Shown here piece by piece: positions 31,861 to 34,887 of a stretch of DNA of 34,887 bases. A program made the position numbers and the translations under genes. Source of the stretch: a virus. Taxonomy: Duplodnaviria > Caudoviricetes. Under the pieces are notes generated by a model. That model worked only from the letters and a program-made list of their open reading frames with translations, was not told where the DNA came from and did no database searches. The DNA is taken from the IMG/VR virus record IMGVR_UViG_3300049859_000037, positions 1-34,887 of that record. The stretch is one strand, 5' to 3'. Numbering within the stretch: position 1 is the first letter of the stretch; each line of letters begins with the position of its first letter.

Positions 31861-32353
31861 CCTGTTCGCCGTCCTGTCCGACCCGACCCGGCCAGCGCGC
31901 CAGCCGCGCCCCTGCCGCCGGCACGTCTGGTCGCTATCAACGGACATGGCACCCGATAGCCGGGTCCTTGCGTACGTCTACCGCTGTGCCCGCTGCGGCC
32001 ATGTCCGCTCCGACACGGCCAGCCGCAAGGGCCGCTCGTCCCGCCGCCTCGGGGCCGACCAGGAGCGTCGCATCGAGCGCGTGTACGGGCCGCGCAAGAT
32101 CGGCGAGCGCGGCGATGCCGTAGACCACATCGGCACCATCGGCAAGTACCAGAGCAAGGCCAGCCGCACCAAGCCTCCCGCCTGGCTGTCCGAGCCGCTG
32201 CACAAGATGGACGGCCTGTACGGCGAGCGCGTGCCGGTTCTGGTGGTCAGCTACGTCCGGCCCGGCGTGCCGGTCGAGGACTACATCGTCATCCGGGGCC
32301 GCGACTGGCTGGCCCTGCATGGGCGGGACGAACCCGCCGAGGAGGGAGCATGA
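31853..32353 (+). CDS. Zn-ribbon plus PD-(D/E)xK-like nuclease (Holliday junction resolvase-like)
   Basis: C..H.W and C..CG motifs, then R.G...ERR....Y, a D...QSK catalytic-like motif and P.LVV. Confidence 0.55.
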   Translation: MDDLFAVLSDPTRPARQPRPCRRHVWSLSTDMAPDSRVLAYVYRCARCGHVRSDTASRKGRSSRRLGADQERRIERVYGPRKIGERGDAVDHIGTIGKYQSKASRTKPPAWLSEPLHKMDGLYGERVPVLVVSYVRPGVPVEDYIVIRGRDWLALHGRDEPAEEGA

Positions 32354-32622
32354 CCGCCATCGACCGCCTGACCGCCGCGCTAGCTGACGTGGCAGAGAGC
32401 GGCGACGACTTCTACACGATGCCATGCGTCCACGCCGCCGACCTCGCCGACGTGCTGGCCGTGGTGGTCATCGCGAAGGAACACGGTCAATGCTCATGTG
32501 CGGCGCTCACCAGCGGCGAAGGACCGCGACCCATCGGGAACGGGCGGTTCTACCACTTCCAAGGCTGCGATTACGACGAATACCTCACCAACGTTCTCGC
32601 CAAGCTGGAGGACACGCCATGA
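32350..32622 (+). CDS. Hypothetical protein, 90 aa
   Basis: SD GGAGG and ATGA overlaps. Confidence 0.7.
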   Translation: MTAIDRLTAALADVAESGDDFYTMPCVHAADLADVLAVVVIAKEHGQCSCAALTSGEGPRPIGNGRFYHFQGCDYDEYLTNVLAKLEDTP

Positions 32623-33236
32623 CCGAACCCCGCACCGTAGCCGGACGGGCGCTACATGCGGCTCTGCTGTGGTCCACCTATCCGCAGCAAGCCGACGCTG
32701 ACGCGCTCATCCTCGCCATCGAAGCCGAAGCCGCAGGGCTTACCTGTGAATGCGGGCATCCTGACGTGTGTACTCCCCCAGCCGAGCCGACGCTGGACGT
32801 GGAGTACGCGCTGAACCTACTGAACTCGCTCGGCATCTACGGGCCGAACATCATCCACGCCGAACAGGGGATGCACCCGGACGGCAAGCACAGCGTAGAC
32901 CGGACGTGGGACGGACCCGGAACGTGCGTTTGCCGACTCCCGTGGCCGTGCGAGGCGAAGGCGCTGGGCGAACTCGTCGCCGCCCTGATCCATCCCGACT
33001 GCGGTGACCACTACATCGCCGGGTACAAGGCCGCAACCGCCGCCCTGACCCCACCCCCAGCCGAGCCGACGCTGGACCGAGACGAGGCCATCCGTGCCGC
33101 GCTCATCTTCGTGTTCCAGTGGTCAGACCGGCAAGTCGAAACACGGCTGAACGCGATGACGCCATTGGCCCTTGTCCGAGCCTTGGAGCAGGACGGCTGG
33201 ACAGTCGCCCGCCTGGCAACGGAGGGCAAGCCATGA
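32619..33236 (+). CDS. Hypothetical modular accessory protein
   Basis: SD GGAGG, ATGA overlaps, and two PPAEPTLD linkers. Confidence 0.7.
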   Translation: MTEPRTVAGRALHAALLWSTYPQQADADALILAIEAEAAGLTCECGHPDVCTPPAEPTLDVEYALNLLNSLGIYGPNIIHAEQGMHPDGKHSVDRTWDGPGTCVCRLPWPCEAKALGELVAALIHPDCGDHYIAGYKAATAALTPPPAEPTLDRDEAIRAALIFVFQWSDRQVETRLNAMTPLALVRALEQDGWTVARLATEGKP

Positions 33237-33547
33237 CCCCGACCCCCGCCGATGCCGCATGGCGGGCGCTCATCGAAGCAATCTACAGCGACTCGTTGCG
33301 CGGACCTGACACCATCGCATCTGTCATCGCCCGCCACCGCCCGCTCATCGAAGCCGCCCTGACCCCAGCCCCAGCCGAGCCGACGCCACCGATGAGCGAG
33401 GACATCCGCGCCGGAGCCGCTCTTGCCTCCGCGCTCATGGCGGCGAACTATGGCGGCGACTCGGGCGAGGACGTGGACCGGTTGATCGTCGAACTGTTGG
33501 CACGAGGGTATCGGCTCGCCCGCCTCACCACGGAGGACGCGGGATGA
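33233..33547 (+). CDS. Hypothetical accessory protein, 104 aa
   Basis: SD GGAGG, ATGA overlaps, and PAEPT linker. Confidence 0.7.
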   Translation: MTPTPADAAWRALIEAIYSDSLRGPDTIASVIARHRPLIEAALTPAPAEPTPPMSEDIRAGAALASALMAANYGGDSGEDVDRLIVELLARGYRLARLTTEDAG

Positions 33548-33903
33548 GCGAGCCGACAACGCGCCTGATCCAAGCATCGAGCAACCTGCTGGACTACTTC
33601 GGCACGCGGACCGCGAGCGGCAAGCTGCTGACGGCTGAGTGGGGCGAACCGATCGGCCATTGCCCGGACTCCGACGAGTACATCTACGAGCCGATCTTCA
33701 CCGAGCACGACGACGGCAAGTGGCTGACCGATGACGAGACGAACGCCACCGATGCCGCGATGAACTACGGCGCTGGCGTCGCCGCCGAGCGTGCCCGCAT
33801 CCGGGCAGCGGTAGAGGGGCTGCCCGGCTACGCGACCGAACACGGCCCCATCGACCGCGTGGACCGCGCCGCCGTCCTCGCCCTGCTGGAGCCGGACGCA
33901 TGA
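33544..33903 (+). CDS. Hypothetical accessory protein, 119 aa
   Basis: SD GGAGG, ATGA overlap, and AERARIRAAVEGL motif. Confidence 0.72.
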   Translation: MSEPTTRLIQASSNLLDYFGTRTASGKLLTAEWGEPIGHCPDSDEYIYEPIFTEHDDGKWLTDDETNATDAAMNYGAGVAAERARIRAAVEGLPGYATEHGPIDRVDRAAVLALLEPDA

Positions 33904-34095
33904 CCCGCGCCGCCAATCGCCCTCGGCATCGCCGTCGGCTACTACCTCGGCCTCAACAGCGTGTACCGCGCCGAGCCGACGCTGGACCGCGACGACGACG
34001 AGCCGATCGCGGGCGCGGACCCGTACGTCGGCTCTATCACCTGGTCGCATCCAAGGCTCGGCGTAGCGCGCTTACGCGAGGGCTACGACGCATGA
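33900..34095 (+). pseudogene. Apparently frameshifted small membrane protein gene
   Basis: ATG 33900 reads MTRAA, then one extra A at 33915 precedes a well-formed frame IALGIAVGYYLGLNSVYRAEPTLDRDDD...YDA* that ends in an ATGA overlap at 34092-34095. Confidence 0.5.
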
Positions 34096-34475
34096 CGGCG
34101 TTGCTGTTGGCCCTGGCCCTGGCGCTCGGGCAGGTCGGCACCGTCGCCATCGGCGGCGATGCCAACTACGCCAACCCGTCCCACGGCAGTCACTACCTCG
34201 CCATGCGCCTGCCGCGCGGGACGGTCGTCACGATCTGTGGCGCTGGCGGCTGTTGGCGCGATGCCGTGGTCAACGACTACGGCCCCGTCGTGGCGACGGG
34301 CGACATCGCGGATATCGCCCTGGTGCAGTTCGCCAAGGTCTGCGGCTGGAGCATCGCCGAAGCGAAGCGCCGTGGCGAGTGCAGCGTGACCGTCGAGTAC
34401 GGCGGCACGATCCGGCTCCCAGAGACGGACACCGCGCCGTGGTCGCTGTTCGACGTGTTGGCGCTGGTGCGATGA
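34092..34475 (+). CDS. Secreted RlpA-like double-psi beta-barrel protein
   Basis: Hydrophobic signal peptide, then A.RLPRGTVVTI...VVNDYGP.....IADI....F motif of RlpA/expansin-like DPBB domains. Confidence 0.7.
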   Translation: MTALLLALALALGQVGTVAIGGDANYANPSHGSHYLAMRLPRGTVVTICGAGGCWRDAVVNDYGPVVATGDIADIALVQFAKVCGWSIAEAKRRGECSVTVEYGGTIRLPETDTAPWSLFDVLALVR

Positions 34476-34858
34476 CCGTCCTCCGCGTCCCTGCCGTCGC
34501 TGTCCTGCTCGGTGCATCCGAGGTACAGGTGCAACGGTGGCTGGTGCGCGGCGACCTGCCCGGCGCGAAGGTCGGCGGGACGTGGTTCGTGCGCGAAGAC
34601 GAGCTGTTGGCGCGGCTATCCGAGGGCTACCATGGCGAACGTGCGAGGCCACAACGAGGGAACGCTGTTCCAACGCAGCCGCGACGGGCGCTGGGTCGCG
34701 ATGGTGACGATGGCGAACGGCCAGCGCCGATCCGCATCCGCGCCGACGAAGGCCGAAGGCGTGGCCCTGCTACGCGACCTCATCAAGCAACGGGATCAGG
34801 CACTCGCGGACCCGAGGCGGCTCCGACTTGGGCCGTACCTCCAGCGGTGGGCGAGTAG
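34472..34858 (+). CDS. xis: Excisionase-like HTH (HTH_17/MerR-like) protein with long C-terminal tail overlapping int
   Basis: VLRVPAVAVLLGASEVQVQRWLVRGDLPGAKVGGTWFVREDEL, directly upstream of int. Confidence 0.78.
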   Translation: MTVLRVPAVAVLLGASEVQVQRWLVRGDLPGAKVGGTWFVREDELLARLSEGYHGERARPQRGNAVPTQPRRALGRDGDDGERPAPIRIRADEGRRRGPATRPHQATGSGTRGPEAAPTWAVPPAVGE

Positions 34859-34875
34859 CGTGACCGGCCTCGCCC
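34632..34875 (+). CDS. int: Tyrosine integrase, 5' part (arm-binding domain); continues at the window start
   Basis: MANVRGHNEGTLFQRSRDGRWVA is a typical integrase N-terminus, in frame with 84-953 through the overlap. Confidence 0.9.
34777..34875 (+). repeat. 99-bp terminal overlap identical to 1-99 (circular assembly)
   Basis: Exact match read directly from the sequence. Confidence 0.97.
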
Positions 34876-34887
34876 ACCGCTGGAGGT

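Larger units (their letters stand above)
32775..33995 (+). repeat. Dispersed GCCGAGCCGACGC(TGGAC) direct repeats, 4 copies
   Basis: 32775-32798 equals 33054-33077 (24 bp exact). 33039-33072 matches 33353-33386 at 33/34. 33060-33085 matches 33970-33995 at 25/26. Confidence 0.85.
1..34776. mobile_element. Complete circular temperate tailed phage genome (siphovirus-like)
   Basis: 99-bp end overlap, intact attP, and a full set of integration, lysis, packaging, head, tail, immunity and replication modules. No tail sheath gene recognised. Confidence 0.95.

Noticed and set aside
32775-33995. Repeats as a CRISPR array or DGR template/variable pair
   Set aside because: Spacing is irregular (about 280-600 bp), the copies are in coding frame, mismatches are not adenine-specific, and there is no reverse transcriptase.
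34777-34875. Terminal direct repeat as a biological genome end
   Set aside because: It is exactly 99 bp and falls mid-integrase, which fits a k-mer overlap from circular assembly.
34869-34887. Terminal inverted repeat of 34837-34855 suggesting a hairpin telomere
   Set aside because: The last 12 bases diverge from the intact int sequence at position 100 onward and start at a 7-bp microhomology. This is typical of a fold-back chimeric read, and no protelomerase was recognised.

Overview
The window is an apparently complete, circular, GC-rich temperate siphovirus-like phage genome of 34,776 bp. Bases 1-99 recur at 34777-34875 as an assembly overlap, and the integrase gene spans that join. Nearly all genes are on the + strand. 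Gene order: tyrosine integrase; attP (3' half of tRNA-Cys GCA with arm-type repeats); putative late regulator, late promoter and structured leader; lysis cassette (C39-like peptidase endolysin, holin, many coupled micro-ORFs); LuxR-type HTH; TerS/TerL; portal-MuF fusion; a six-gene fibre/decoration-like insert; prohead protease; HK97-fold capsid; a FkbM methyltransferase plus three GT-B glycosyltransferases; neck, tail tube, frameshifted tail chaperone, tape measure and tail-tip proteins; a divergent repressor/cro switch; Cas4-like nuclease and annealing protein; replication initiator; a repeat-linked accessory region; RlpA-like protein; excisionase. The most notable items are the methyltransferase/glycosyltransferase cassette inside the virion operon (candidate virion glycosylation system, preceded by a structured RNA), the chain of lysis micropeptides, and a translational chain from int across attP into the putative late regulator. 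All product calls come from motif recognition by eye, with no database searches. The host is unknown beyond being a high-GC bacterium.
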